Part shown: piece by piece, positions 20,726 to 30,942 of the stretch
How positions within the stretch are numbered: position 1 is the first letter of the stretch
Layout of the letters: each line of letters opens with the position of its first letter
NCBI GenBank assembly: GCA_037440885.1
Contig: JBBITI010000018.1
Location: forward strand, 1 to 50,564
From: Dehalococcoidales bacterium
GTDB lineage: Bacteria; Chloroflexota; Dehalococcoidia; Dehalococcoidales; UBA2162
Direction: 5' to 3'
DNA length: 50,564 nucleotides
Position numbers and translations under genes: made by a program
Notes under the pieces: model-generated
Database searches by the model: none
Seen by the model: only the letters and a program-made list of their open reading frames with translations
Told to the model about the DNA's origin: nothing

Positions 20726-21475
20726 ATGAGCATTATTATCAAATCCGATAACGAAGTGGATTTGATGGCGAAAGCCGGGCGAATTGTAGCCGAGGTCCTG
20801 CAATTATTGAAGGCGGAAGTACGGCCGGGGATCAGCACCAGGGAACTGGATATAATAGCTGGCCAAGAGGCTAACCGGCGAGGGGGTATTCCGTCGTTCA
20901 AAGGATACCGGGGGTATCCGGCGAATATATGCGTATCGATTAACGAACAGATAGTACACGGGATACCGGACAAGCGGGTACTGATGAGCGGCGACGTGGT
21001 ATCGGTCGATTTCGGGGTAATATATGAGGGGTTTCAGGGCGATGCGGCGATTACGGTAGGCGTCGGCAAGCTTGCGACCGAAGCGAGCGAATTGATAAAG
21101 GTAACAGAAGGTTCGCTGACCGCCGGTATCAAGGCGGCGAAGTCAGGGGCCAGATTGGGTGATATATCATATGCAATACAAGAATACGTGGAATCGAGAG
21201 GACTGACGGTGATCCGGGAGTATACCGGCCACGGCATAGGCAGGGATATGCACGAAGATCCGCAGATTCCCAATTTCGGGATACCGGGGCAAGGAACGGT
21301 ATTAAGGAAGGGAATGACTTTTGCCCTGGAACCGATGGTATGTACCGGAGACTGGCATACCAGGGTCGGGGCTGATAACTGGACGGTATCAACCGCCGAC
21401 GGGGGACTGGCAGCCCATTTTGAACATACTATCGCAGTCACCGACGGTACGGCAAGGATACTGACTGCGTTATAA
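20726..21475 (+). CDS. map: type I methionyl aminopeptidase
   Basis: HGIP, GHGIG..HEDP, LEPM, AHFEHT. Confidence 0.97.
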   Translation: MSIIIKSDNEVDLMAKAGRIVAEVLQLLKAEVRPGISTRELDIIAGQEANRRGGIPSFKGYRGYPANICVSINEQIVHGIPDKRVLMSGDVVSVDFGVIYEGFQGDAAITVGVGKLATEASELIKVTEGSLTAGIKAAKSGARLGDISYAIQEYVESRGLTVIREYTGHGIGRDMHEDPQIPNFGIPGQGTVLRKGMTFALEPMVCTGDWHTRVGADNWTVSTADGGLAAHFEHTIAVTDGTARILTAL

Positions 21476-21487
21476 TTAACGAAGATT

Positions 21488-21706
21488 ATGGCGAAGAAAG
21501 AGACTATAGAAGTCGAAGGCGTAGTGTACGAGTCACTGTCGAATGCCATGTTTCGCGTGGAACTGGCAAACGGGCACAAGGTGTTAGCGCATATATCAGG
21601 AAAAATCAGGTTGCACTATATAAAAATACTGCCGGGCGACAGGGTACTTGTGGTACTATCGCCGTACGATCTGACCCGGGGTAGAATAACATACCGGTTT
21701 AAATAG
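21488..21706 (+). CDS. infA: translation initiation factor IF-1
   Basis: [20 protein letters not shown]. Confidence 0.98.
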   Translation: MAKKETIEVEGVVYESLSNAMFRVELANGHKVLAHISGKIRLHYIKILPGDRVLVVLSPYDLTRGRITYRFK

Positions 21707-21731
21707 ACTCAGGATAATCAGGTAGAATGAA

Positions 21732-21845
21732 ATGAAAGTAAAAGCTTCCGTTAAACCAAGATGTGAAAAATGTAAAATAATCCGGCGGCGGGGGGTCGTC
21801 CGGGTGATTTGCACTAATCCCAAGCACAAGCAGAGACAGGGCTAA
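21732..21845 (+). CDS. rpmJ: 50S ribosomal protein L36 (missing from the ORF track)
   Basis: Translated by hand: [37 protein letters not shown]. Confidence 0.97.
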   Translation: MKVKASVKPRCEKCKIIRRRGVVRVICTNPKHKQRQG

Positions 21846-21860
21846 GGCAGGAGGTGATCC

Positions 21861-22250
21861 ATGGCGCGTATTGCAGGGGTAGACTTACCGAAGAATAAAC
21901 ATATCGGCGTGGCCTTGAGATACATATACGGTATCGGGCCGACAACGAGTTTAAGAATACTGGAACAGGCAGGGATCGATCCGGAGGTAAACAGCGATGT
22001 ATTGAAAGAAGCTGAAATAAACCGGATTCGTGAAATTATCGATAAGGGATACCGTGTAGAAGGAGAACTCCGGCGAGAGATCAACCAGGATATCAAAAGG
22101 TTGATCGAGATCGGTTCTTACCGGGGGTTGCGCCACCGCCGCAATTTGCCTTCCCGAGGGCAACGGACGCGGACCAACGCCCGGACCCAACGGGGGGCGA
22201 AGAAAACCGTCGCCGGACGGGGACGGAAGCGCGGCGCATCCAAGAAATAA
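21861..22250 (+). CDS. rpsM: 30S ribosomal protein S13
   Basis: [23 protein letters not shown]. Confidence 0.98.
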   Translation: MARIAGVDLPKNKHIGVALRYIYGIGPTTSLRILEQAGIDPEVNSDVLKEAEINRIREIIDKGYRVEGELRREINQDIKRLIEIGSYRGLRHRRNLPSRGQRTRTNARTQRGAKKTVAGRGRKRGASKK

Positions 22251-22288
22251 TTGATGGTTAATCATTAACGGGTAAACCAGGAGATAAG

Positions 22289-22687
22289 ATGGCAAATAAA
22301 GAAAAGAGAAAACCACGGGGCAAAAGACAGGAAAAGAAGGGGATTACGACAGGTAGAGCGTATGTGCAGTCTACTTTTAATAATACGACCATTACTCTGA
22401 CAGACCCCCGGGGCAATGTCCTTTCATGGGGTAGTTCCGGCACGGCTGGTTTCAAGGGGTCACGTAAAGGTACGCCTTATGCGGCACAACTCGCAGCTCG
22501 TGAAGCGGCGAGAAAAGCGATGGAGTTTGGTTTAAGACAGGTTGAAATATTTGTAAAGGGTCCGGGCAGCGGACGTGAAGCGGCGATTCGCTCTCTCCAG
22601 AATTCCGGATTATACATCACGAGTATTACCGACGTTACGCCAATCCCGCATAATGGTTGCCGTCCGCCGAAAAGAAGGAGAGTATAA
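22289..22687 (+). CDS. rpsK: 30S ribosomal protein S11
   Basis: [26 protein letters not shown]. Confidence 0.98.
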   Translation: MANKEKRKPRGKRQEKKGITTGRAYVQSTFNNTTITLTDPRGNVLSWGSSGTAGFKGSRKGTPYAAQLAAREAARKAMEFGLRQVEIFVKGPGSGREAAIRSLQNSGLYITSITDVTPIPHNGCRPPKRRRV

Positions 22688-22696
22688 GGGAGCGAT

Positions 22697-23320
22697 ATGG
22701 CCAGATATACAGGTCCGGTATGCCGTCAATGCCGCAGGAGCGGCGACAAGCTCTTTTTAAAGGGTATGAAGTGTTATTCCAAGTGTATTCTGGACCGGCG
22801 GCCCCGACCGCCGGGGCAACAGAGTCACCGTCGGACGAAACTGTCCGATCGCGGCCTGCAACTGCGCGAGAAGCAGAAAGCGCGCTGGTTGTACGGAGTG
22901 CTGGAACGTCAATTCCGGCAGATGTTCGAAGAAGCAGAGCGGCAACCCGGTGTTACCGGCGAAACGCTGCAGGTATTACTGGAACGGCGACTGGATAACG
23001 TGGTGTACCGCTTAGGATTTGCGGATTCACGAGCGCAGGCGCGTCAACTGGTAAGGCACGGACATATCGCCCTGAATGACAAGAAGAGTGACATCCCCTC
23101 GATTATCGTCAAAGCCGGTGATGCCGTAAGCTGGAAAACGAACAAGACGAAGACCGAATATTACAAGCAACTACTGGGAAACATAAAAGGCAAGTCGGTA
23201 CCGGGATGGCTAGCCCTGGACAGGCAAAAGTTGGAAGCCAGGGTAGTATCACTACCCACTCCGCAAGACACCGAAGGCAAATACGAAGTAAAGGCAATAG
23301 TCGAATACTATTCCCGGTAA
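22697..23320 (+). CDS. rpsD: 30S ribosomal protein S4
   Basis: MARYTGP, LREKQK, LERRLDNVVYR, VEYYSR. Confidence 0.98.
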   Translation: MARYTGPVCRQCRRSGDKLFLKGMKCYSKCILDRRPRPPGQQSHRRTKLSDRGLQLREKQKARWLYGVLERQFRQMFEEAERQPGVTGETLQVLLERRLDNVVYRLGFADSRAQARQLVRHGHIALNDKKSDIPSIIVKAGDAVSWKTNKTKTEYYKQLLGNIKGKSVPGWLALDRQKLEARVVSLPTPQDTEGKYEVKAIVEYYSR

Positions 23321-23332
23321 GGAGGGACCATT

Positions 23333-24262
23333 TTGTCTGACCTAGTAATCTCTAAGGTCGAGACGGTAGAAACCAGAGATAATTACGGCCGTTATTCCAT
23401 CGAGCCGGTGGAAAAAGGATTCAGCATTACCATTGGCAATACGATAAGGCGAGTCCTGCTGGGATACCTGCCGGGCGCTGCCGTGACGCACGTAAAAATC
23501 GACGGGATATACCATGAGTTCTCTACCATTCCTCACGTGAAAGAAGATACCACAGAGTTCCTGCTGAATGTGAAGGCGCTTCGCCTGAAACCAGTGAGCG
23601 GACAATCCGGGAAATTGGTGCTGGATATCGAAGGGGAACAAAAAGTAACGGCCAGGGATATCCGGCCGTCGGCCGATTTTCAAATAGCAAACCCCGATCT
23701 TTATCTGGCATCTCTTGATTCCGAGGAGGCCAGGCTCAGCGTGGAGTTCGATGTCGAGATCGGGCGCGGCTATCGCGAAGCCGAATCGAGCGGCAACCTA
23801 CCGGTAGGAGTGATCCCGGTAGATGCTGTTTTTACACCGATCAGGAAGGTGAATTATACGATTGAACCGATACATGCCGGCCAGGAGACAAGTCATGAAA
23901 GGTTGTCGCTGGAAGTATGGACCGATGGGACAATATCGCCGACCGATGCGGTCGCAAGGGCAGCGGATATACTCATTGAACAACTCACTCCGTTATCCTT
24001 GATCAGCCAGGTGGTGGTAGTGGCCGGCGAGAATGTAGCGCCGAAACCCACGATTCCAGGGGAACTGGCGAATATACCAGTCGAACAGTTAAATCTATCA
24101 GTAAGAACGCTAAACTGTTTACGGCGGGGGAACATCAACACGGTCGGCGAAATATTATCCAAGACCGACAAGGAATTGATGTCACTGCGAAATTTTGGAA
24201 TTAAATCGAAACTGGAGCTGGAAGAACGCCTCGATACACTGGGGCTATCCATGCCTTCATAG
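23333..24262 (+). CDS. rpoA: RNA polymerase alpha subunit
   Basis: [31 protein letters not shown]. Confidence 0.97.
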   Translation: MSDLVISKVETVETRDNYGRYSIEPVEKGFSITIGNTIRRVLLGYLPGAAVTHVKIDGIYHEFSTIPHVKEDTTEFLLNVKALRLKPVSGQSGKLVLDIEGEQKVTARDIRPSADFQIANPDLYLASLDSEEARLSVEFDVEIGRGYREAESSGNLPVGVIPVDAVFTPIRKVNYTIEPIHAGQETSHERLSLEVWTDGTISPTDAVARAADILIEQLTPLSLISQVVVVAGENVAPKPTIPGELANIPVEQLNLSVRTLNCLRRGNINTVGEILSKTDKELMSLRNFGIKSKLELEERLDTLGLSMPS

Positions 24263-24278
24263 AAACAAAGGAACGGAA

Positions 24279-24632
24279 ATGGGCCGAAGAACAGACCTTC
24301 GCAGAAAAGGGCAAACTTCAAGTTATAAAAGGGCGCTTTACCGCAACCTGGTGACCAGCTTGCTGGGTTATGAGAAGATAACGACGACGGAAGCGCGGGC
24401 ACAGGTGGTGCGGGGCATCGCTGAAGAGATGATTACCCTGGGGAAAAAGGGGACGTTGCACCACCGGCGCCAGGCTTTAGCGTATATCTTTGACAAGGAA
24501 GTAACCGACAAGGTATTTTCGGAACTGGCTAAACGGTATGCCGACCGGCCGGGGGGATATACGCGTATTGCGAAGCTGGGGCACCGCACCGGCGACGCCG
24601 CACCGATAATCCAGATCGAGTTGGTACAGTAG
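24279..24632 (+). CDS. rplQ: 50S ribosomal protein L17
   Basis: ATG at 24279; [28 protein letters not shown]. Confidence 0.95.
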   Translation: MGRRTDLRRKGQTSSYKRALYRNLVTSLLGYEKITTTEARAQVVRGIAEEMITLGKKGTLHHRRQALAYIFDKEVTDKVFSELAKRYADRPGGYTRIAKLGHRTGDAAPIIQIELVQ

Positions 24633-25441
24633 TGCTGGCTCTGTCATGCCGTCCTGCGGACAACGAGACGCCGGCACCGGTTATCACCAGAGTGGTGCTG
24701 GTTGTCGAATACGATGGTACCGATTATCATGGTTTTCAGTGGCAGGAGAACCAGCCGACCATCCAGCAAGAGCTAGAGAAAGCGTTATACAAATTGACCG
24801 GGGAGAAGACGCGAGTGGTGGCGGCGAGCCGGACCGATACGGGGGTCCATGCGGAGAATCAAGTCGTGATATTCCGGACGGCAGCGGACATCCCGCTAAA
24901 AAATATTGTAAGCGGGTTAAACCACTATTTACCAGCGGCGATAGCCATAAAAACCGCCAACTATGCTCCGGACGGATTTCACGTACAGCGCAGTGCGGTC
25001 AAGCGGCAGTATATATACAGGATATTAAACCGGGACACGCGGTCGCCGGTGAAACAACGATACACCTGGCAGATACCCGGGGAACTGGATACCGAAAAAA
25101 TGCGAGAAGCCTGCCGTTACCTGGTGGGGAAGCATGATTTTGCGTCTTTCACCAGCGCCGATTCGGTGATGAAAAAAAACACGGTACGGCGGGTTTACCA
25201 GGCTGATCTGTACAGGGACGGTGAAGAGATAATATTCACAATAGAAGCAGAGTCCTTTCTGACGCACCAGATAAGGAACACCATAGGCATGCTGGTGGAG
25301 GTCGGGCGGGGAAGGATGAGCACTGAAGAATTCTATAGTATAATGGAGAGTAAACAAATTGGGCTGGCCGGACCGAGAGCACCTGCCTGCGGTCTGCATC
25401 TAGTTAACATTTGTTATCCCCAAGCCATCGAGGAAGAATAG
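24632..25441 (+). CDS. truA: tRNA pseudouridine(38-40) synthase
   Basis: EYDGTDYHGFQ, SRTDTGVHA, GKHDFASF. Confidence 0.95.
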   Translation: MLALSCRPADNETPAPVITRVVLVVEYDGTDYHGFQWQENQPTIQQELEKALYKLTGEKTRVVAASRTDTGVHAENQVVIFRTAADIPLKNIVSGLNHYLPAAIAIKTANYAPDGFHVQRSAVKRQYIYRILNRDTRSPVKQRYTWQIPGELDTEKMREACRYLVGKHDFASFTSADSVMKKNTVRRVYQADLYRDGEEIIFTIEAESFLTHQIRNTIGMLVEVGRGRMSTEEFYSIMESKQIGLAGPRAPACGLHLVNICYPQAIEEE

Positions 25442-25442
25442 T

Positions 25443-25895
25443 ATGAAAACTTACAGCACCAAAGCAAGCGATATTAAAAGGGAATGGCATCTGATTGATG
25501 CCGCGGACCAGGTACTGGGCGGGGTGGCCGTGGAGGCAGCTAATTTACTGATGGGAAAGCAAAAAGCGATATTTTGCCGTAACATGGATGTGGGCGATAA
25601 TGTAGTCATCATCAACGCGGCAAAAATCCGGGTGACCGGCGATAAATTGAAGCAGAAAATGTATTACCGCCATTCTAATTATCCCGGTGGTCTGAAGGCG
25701 ATAAGCCTGGGTGAACTGCTACAGAAAAACCCGGCGAAAGCAGTGGAACACGCGGTTCGCGGGATGCTGCCGCACAACAGACTGGAAGACCGGATGATGA
25801 ACCGACTGAAGGTGTTTAGCGGATCAGAGCATCCTCATGCCGGACAGGTCCAGGCGGTTAAGGGGAAAAATGCCGGAGTTGCGGCGGAGGCTTAG
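25443..25895 (+). CDS. rplM: 50S ribosomal protein L13
   Basis: WHLIDA, YYRHSNYPGGLK, VRGMLP. Confidence 0.98.
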   Translation: MKTYSTKASDIKREWHLIDAADQVLGGVAVEAANLLMGKQKAIFCRNMDVGDNVVIINAAKIRVTGDKLKQKMYYRHSNYPGGLKAISLGELLQKNPAKAVEHAVRGMLPHNRLEDRMMNRLKVFSGSEHPHAGQVQAVKGKNAGVAAEA

Positions 25896-25945
25896 AAACG
25901 AATACCAGTCCCGGCATCAGACCGGGGTGATACAAGGAGAATTCA

Positions 25946-26341
25946 TTGGACAAGCATACTTATATCCACGGCACAGGAAGAAGGAAAACCGCGGTAGCGC
26001 AGGTCAAGATTGCTCCGGGCGGAGGGGCAGTGATAATTAACGGGAGGCCTTTCGAGGAATTTTTCCCGCGCCAGGTGAACCAACAGACTGTGATGAAGCC
26101 TCTCAACTTAACGCAATGCCAGGACAAGTACAATATCACGGTAAAAGTAACCGGAGGCGGAGTCTGCGGACAGGCGGTGGCGGTGGCGCACGGTATTTCA
26201 CGCGCGTTAGTGGCCACGGATATCAATCTGAAGACAACGTTGAGGCAGAGTAAATTACTGACCCGGGACTCAAGGGCGAAAGAAAGAAAGAAAGTGGGCC
26301 TCAAGAAAGCCCGGAAGGCAGCGCAATCACCAAAGCGTTAG
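25946..26341 (+). CDS. rpsI: 30S ribosomal protein S9
   Basis: GTGRRKTAVA, GGGVCGQA, LLTRD..KERKK. Confidence 0.97.
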   Translation: MDKHTYIHGTGRRKTAVAQVKIAPGGGAVIINGRPFEEFFPRQVNQQTVMKPLNLTQCQDKYNITVKVTGGGVCGQAVAVAHGISRALVATDINLKTTLRQSKLLTRDSRAKERKKVGLKKARKAAQSPKR

Positions 26342-26361
26342 TCTTATCATCACGATTTTGC

Positions 26362-26392
26362 AAAAAACGGGAGTACATAACTCCCGTTTTTT
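26362..26392 (+). terminator. intrinsic terminator ending the ribosomal superoperon (symmetrical)
   Basis: AAAAAACGGGAG-TACATAA-CTCCCGTTTTTT. Confidence 0.85.
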
Positions 26393-26409
26393 AGTTATCA
26401 AAATATGAT

Positions 26410-26889
26410 ATGATTTTTTGCGAGATGGATACTACGGATACAAATATTTCTTTCAGCCCCATCGGTACAGTCAGAAACGGAATAAACCAAACGCCGAGGA
26501 AGGCGAACTGGCAACTGGAAACGATTTCGGAACTGGTGATCGACAGGAATTGGACGGAGGCGGTTGAGGGACTCGAAGAGTTTTCCCACATCATCGTGAT
26601 ATTTTATTTTGACCGCATCAGCGATCCTGATGTGTTGCTGAAAGTGCACCCGATGCACCGGGAAGACTTGCCAGTTACGGGGATGTTCGCCACGCGAACG
26701 CCCAACCGACCTAACAGGATCGGGGAGACCGCGGTCAAGCTGATAGGACGAAGGGACAATATTTTGCTGGTAAGCGGGCTGGACGCGCTTGACGGAACGC
26801 CGATACTGGATATCAAACCTTATCTCAGCAGCGGGGATTATATTCCCGGAACGAAAGAGCCGCATTGGGTACAAGAAGCACACGGTTAA
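26410..26889 (+). CDS. tsaA: TsaA/TrmO family tRNA methyltransferase
   Basis: PIGTVRN, GLEEFSH, GMFATRTPNRPNRIG, LDGTPILDIKPY. Confidence 0.9.
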   Translation: MIFCEMDTTDTNISFSPIGTVRNGINQTPRKANWQLETISELVIDRNWTEAVEGLEEFSHIIVIFYFDRISDPDVLLKVHPMHREDLPVTGMFATRTPNRPNRIGETAVKLIGRRDNILLVSGLDALDGTPILDIKPYLSSGDYIPGTKEPHWVQEAHG

Positions 26890-27530
26890 ACGCGATATTG
26901 CTTGATATTTACCGGATATTGTTCGATTTTTACGGTCCACAGGGATGGTGGCCCGGCGAGACACCCTTCGAAGTCATGATCGGGGCGGTATTGACCCAAG
27001 CCACGAACTGGTCGAATGCGGAAAAAGCCATCGTGAATCTAAAAGAAAAGCAGGTGTGCAGCCCGAAAGCCCTGCGGGAAATGACGCTGGAAGAACTCGC
27101 AACGAATATCCGTCCGGCCGGTTATTACAATGCGAAAGCGAAGAAATTAAAAGCCCTGATGCACTGGCTGGAAAGATATGGTGACGATTTGAACAGAGCG
27201 CATGCGGCGGATACGATGGCTTTAAGGAGCGAACTGCTGAGCATCTACGGCATCGGGGAAGAAACGGCGGATTCAATCCTGCTTTATGCGGTGGGAAGGC
27301 CGGTATTTGTAATCGATGCCTATACGAGGCGAGCCGTCGACAGAATCGGCATCCAGCCCGCAGGTAAAGGTTATGCGGATTACCAAAGATTGTTCCGGGA
27401 AAACCTGCCTGAGGATGTGCGGCTGTTTAATGAGTATCATGCTTTGCTGGTGCGGAACGGGAAAAATGCCTGCCGGAAGATACCGGTATGCCCACGTTGC
27501 GTACTGGCGGGCATCTGCCGCACAAGCTGA
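26865..27530 (+). CDS. endonuclease III-related HhH-GPD DNA glycosylase with a 4Fe-4S motif
   Basis: GPQGWWP, GAVLTQ, GIGEETADSILLYA, VIDAY, CRKIPVCPRCVLAGIC. Confidence 0.9.
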   Translation: MGTRSTRLNAILLDIYRILFDFYGPQGWWPGETPFEVMIGAVLTQATNWSNAEKAIVNLKEKQVCSPKALREMTLEELATNIRPAGYYNAKAKKLKALMHWLERYGDDLNRAHAADTMALRSELLSIYGIGEETADSILLYAVGRPVFVIDAYTRRAVDRIGIQPAGKGYADYQRLFRENLPEDVRLFNEYHALLVRNGKNACRKIPVCPRCVLAGICRTS

Positions 27531-27617
27531 TATCTGCGGATGGTCATGAATGCGCGGGTGACAGCGGCGAAGCCGTTCAGTCTGCGGTAGATATAGAGGT
27601 CAACGCACACGCGGCGT

Positions 27618-27646
27618 TTGACACCCAGACTCGGATTGTCTATCAT
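27618..27646 (+). promoter_or_regulatory. promoter of the acyl-CoA cluster
   Basis: TTGACA-N17-TATCAT about 120 nt upstream of the first crotonase gene. Confidence 0.65.
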
Positions 27647-27767
27647 GAAGTGATTAATTCGATAAGCAATCAGATCTGGAAATATGGTTATTTCCAACAA
27701 GCGACCGGATTGGTTGCCCGGCTGGTCACGGGCCATCATTTGAGAACGAGGAGACAGTATATTCACC

Positions 27768-28562
27768 ATGCCGGAAAAGGTGGTTAGTTATACCGAAAAA
27801 GAACACATCGCGGTAGTTACGCTGAATAACCCGGGCCACGGGAATTGGGTGGATTCGTTCCTCTCCCAGGAGTTGATGGAGGCGTGCCTGCGCATCAACG
27901 AAAATCCGGATATCTACTTCGGCATTATCACCGGAAAGGGTGATAATTTCTGTACCGGGAGTCAACTGGAGAATCTGCTGGCATCCGGTTTGAGTCTGTC
28001 CGCGGCACTCGCAAAGATGAACGGGGAAGCCGTCCGTTATGAAGTCGCCGCAGCAGTAGCCATGATCGAAAAGCCGGTGATTGCGGCGATAAACGGGGCT
28101 GCCCTCGGCCAGGGACTGGAAATCGCTTTGTCCTGTGATATCCGGTATGCCTCGGAAAAAGCGAGTTTTGGGTTTCCCCAGGTTGCTGCGGGACTGATGC
28201 CGATGGATGGCGGTACACAACGTTTGCCACGCTTGATCGGGAAAGGAAAAGCGCTGGAGCTGATACTTAGCGGCGAGACGATTGACGCCCGGGAGGCCTG
28301 GAACATCGGGTTGGTCAGTCAGGTGATCTCGGCGGACGAGTTAATGGCTAAAACAACAGCTTTCGCCGCGGGCATGGCGGCCAATGCCCCGGTTGCCATG
28401 CGGTATGTCAAGGAAGCGGTCAATAAGGGCTGTGACCTCACGCTTGAACAGGGTATGCGACTGGAAGCCGACCTGTATTTTCTAATTCATACGACCGCAG
28501 ACCGCACGGAAGGCATCAGGGCATTCCAGGAGAAGCGTAAGCCACAATTTAAAGGTGAATAA
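27768..28562 (+). CDS. enoyl-CoA hydratase/isomerase family protein
   Basis: KPVIAAINGAALGQGLEIALSCDIR, GGTQRLPRLIG, EGIRAFQEKRKP. Confidence 0.92.
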   Translation: MPEKVVSYTEKEHIAVVTLNNPGHGNWVDSFLSQELMEACLRINENPDIYFGIITGKGDNFCTGSQLENLLASGLSLSAALAKMNGEAVRYEVAAAVAMIEKPVIAAINGAALGQGLEIALSCDIRYASEKASFGFPQVAAGLMPMDGGTQRLPRLIGKGKALELILSGETIDAREAWNIGLVSQVISADELMAKTTAFAAGMAANAPVAMRYVKEAVNKGCDLTLEQGMRLEADLYFLIHTTADRTEGIRAFQEKRKPQFKGE

Positions 28563-28618
28563 TACTTGACGGGAAGGCAGTACTTCATAGAAGCATGCTC
28601 CCGAATCTAATGAAATAA

Positions 28619-29380
28619 ATGCCTGGTTTTGAAACAGTAATCTACGAACAAAAAGGCGGGATCGCTTATATCACGCTGAATCGTCCCCAGGTACTGAATG
28701 CCTACAACATCAAGATGAGGGATGAGTTATATCAGGTACTCAATGCGATCAAAGTCGATCCCGAGGTCAAAGCGGTAATCATCAGGGGTGCCGGAGAAAA
28801 AGCATTTTGCGCCGGAGCCGATCTCAGTGAATTTCTGACGGCACCGCCGCCGGTGCGTGCCCGGCAGGCCCGTTTTGAACGTGATATCTGGGGCGTTTTT
28901 ATGAGCATACCCCAAGTAGTGATCGCCGCCCTGCACGGTTATGTTATCGGTTCCGGGCTGGAGATCGCATTATTCTGCGACTTGAGAATTGCCTCGGATG
29001 ACGTCCAATTCATTGTCCCGGAAATGGGCCTCGGGATCATTACCGCGGCGGGTGCCAGCCAGACGCTACCCCGGACAATACAGCGCGGGCCGGCGATGGA
29101 GATTTTGCTCTCCGGGCGCCGGGTAAAAGCACCGGAAGCGAGGCAACTTAAATTGGTGAACCGGTTGGTACCGAGAAGCGACCTAATGGCTGCGGCGGAG
29201 AAACTGGCTTATCAAATCAAAAACCTCGATGCCGGATTAGTGCGTTGCATCAAAGAGGCGGTGGGGCGGGGCATGGATATGAGCCTGGAAGAAGGAATGG
29301 AACTCGAATCCCGCCTGGCTGCCCGTATCATCAATTCAAATATCTCGACGACACAGGTCTTTAGGAGAAACTGCGCATGA
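28619..29380 (+). CDS. enoyl-CoA hydratase/isomerase family protein
   Basis: ITLNRP, FCAGADL, GLEIALFCDLR, VPEMGLG. Confidence 0.92.
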   Translation: MPGFETVIYEQKGGIAYITLNRPQVLNAYNIKMRDELYQVLNAIKVDPEVKAVIIRGAGEKAFCAGADLSEFLTAPPPVRARQARFERDIWGVFMSIPQVVIAALHGYVIGSGLEIALFCDLRIASDDVQFIVPEMGLGIITAAGASQTLPRTIQRGPAMEILLSGRRVKAPEARQLKLVNRLVPRSDLMAAAEKLAYQIKNLDAGLVRCIKEAVGRGMDMSLEEGMELESRLAARIINSNISTTQVFRRNCA

Positions 29381-30114
29381 ATAAAGTTGTTTCCAGTATT
29401 CAAGAGGCTATTGCCGATGTACAGGATGGAGCGGTAATCGCCATCCCCGGATTTTTTACCTGCGGAGTACCCCGGGATCTGCTCTGGGGCCTGGTGGAGA
29501 AGGGAGTCAGGGACTTGACCCTGTGTTGCGGCTGCGGACCGCTGGTGGGGGCGAAGGACATAGCTGAGGTCATGGTGACCGGCGGGCAGATAAAAAAGGT
29601 GATTGATTCCTATAGCCTGAACCGTTCCGCCAGCAAAGGGATGCAGGATCCCCTGGAAATAGCGATTCGCAACGGCGAGATCGAACTGGAAGTATACCCG
29701 ATGGGCACGATGGCTGAGAAATACCGGGCGGCGGGAGCGGGAATACCGGCTTTTTATTGTCCGACAGGAGTGGGATCTATCGTCGAGAAAGAAACTCTCA
29801 GCAGCGCTTTAAACCGGCGCCAGCCGCGTGAAACCCGAACGATAGACGGGAATAAATATATCCTGGAATATGCTCTGAAACCGGATTTTGCGTTTGTGCA
29901 TGCGCATACTGCCGATACAGAAGGCAACCTGCGCTATGCGATGACTGCCCGGAATTTCAACCATGTGATGGCGACAGCGGCAAAGGTTACTATCGTAGAA
30001 GCCGAGAACATCGTTTCTCCGGGCGAAATACCGGCCGGCGAGGTTCATACACCGCAGATATATGTGAAAAGAATTGTGAAAGTCGAACGTTCCCAGATCA
30101 GTATCGGGATCTAG
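29377..30114 (+). CDS. family I CoA-transferase subunit A
   Basis: GTMAEKYRAAGAGIPAFY.PTGVG, GNLRY..TARNFN. Confidence 0.92.
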   Translation: MNKVVSSIQEAIADVQDGAVIAIPGFFTCGVPRDLLWGLVEKGVRDLTLCCGCGPLVGAKDIAEVMVTGGQIKKVIDSYSLNRSASKGMQDPLEIAIRNGEIELEVYPMGTMAEKYRAAGAGIPAFYCPTGVGSIVEKETLSSALNRRQPRETRTIDGNKYILEYALKPDFAFVHAHTADTEGNLRYAMTARNFNHVMATAAKVTIVEAENIVSPGEIPAGEVHTPQIYVKRIVKVERSQISIGI

Positions 30115-30138
30115 CGACTACGGGAGGTTAATCAGATA

Positions 30139-30819
30139 ATGGCTATTCGTCCACAACTAGAAGGGCTGACACGGGAAATGATTGCGATGAGAGTGAGCAA
30201 GGAGATCCCGGACCGCTCATATGTCAACCTGGGCATCGGGATACCGACTTTGATCAGTGACTGGATCGCAGACCGGGATATTGTTTTGCAATCAGAGATA
30301 GGGATGTTGAAGACAGGTCCGCTAGCCGATACTGAAGAAGCCAATCAAGATTTGATAAATGCCAGTTGCCAGGCGATCTGCGAACTACCCGGTTGTTCTT
30401 ATTTCGATATTGTCGAATCTTTTGCCATGATCCGCGGCGGGCACATCGATATTGCGGTAATGGGGGCCTTGCAGGTTAACGGACGGGGGGATTATGCCGG
30501 CTGGCTAAACCCGGCGCGGGGGTTGGCGGTGGGGAATATCGGCGGTTCGATGGACCTGTGCGTGGGGGCGAAAAAGCTTTTCCTGGCCATGGAACACGTG
30601 ACGAACAACGGAGAGTTCAAAATCGTCAACGAGTTGAATTATCCGGCAACCGCTGAAGGGAAAGTAAATATGATCTTTACCGATCTGGCGGTACTGGAAA
30701 TAACCCCGCAAGGATTATTGTTGCGCGAAGTATTCCCCGGCCTTACTGCGGATGATATCCAATCGGTTACCGGCCCCAAACTGATCATCAGCCCCGATCT
30801 TAAGGAGATTGATCTGTAG
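30139..30819 (+). CDS. family I CoA-transferase subunit B
   Basis: YVNLGIGIPT, QSEIG (catalytic Glu), SFAMIRGGHID, GGSMDL. Confidence 0.92.
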   Translation: MAIRPQLEGLTREMIAMRVSKEIPDRSYVNLGIGIPTLISDWIADRDIVLQSEIGMLKTGPLADTEEANQDLINASCQAICELPGCSYFDIVESFAMIRGGHIDIAVMGALQVNGRGDYAGWLNPARGLAVGNIGGSMDLCVGAKKLFLAMEHVTNNGEFKIVNELNYPATAEGKVNMIFTDLAVLEITPQGLLLREVFPGLTADDIQSVTGPKLIISPDLKEIDL

Positions 30820-30840
30820 CCATCTAAATTCAGAAAAGGC

Positions 30841-30876
30841 AAAGTCCGCCGGCAGGTTATCCTGCCAGTGGACTTT
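30841..30876. terminator. long intergenic hairpin (terminator or processing/stability element)
   Basis: AAAGTCCgccGGCAGG-TTAT-CCTGCCagtGGACTTT. Confidence 0.55.
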
Positions 30877-30942
30877 AGTACATGCTGAATGGTATTCTAG
30901 TTCAACGTAGTTTACCCTTTAGTTATATTATTAAGAGGTTTT

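Noticed and set aside
7305-26304. Numerous minus-strand ORFs across the ribosomal operon
   Set aside because: Antisense shadows of well-conserved genes.
27437-27787. ORFs of 99-110 aa between the glycosylase and the first crotonase
   Set aside because: They overlap neighbours, have no motifs, and the interval is explained by a promoter and leader.
30820-30942. Cobalamin riboswitch upstream of the B12 mutase
   Set aside because: Region is short and lacks B12-box-like conserved sequence; only a simple hairpin is present.
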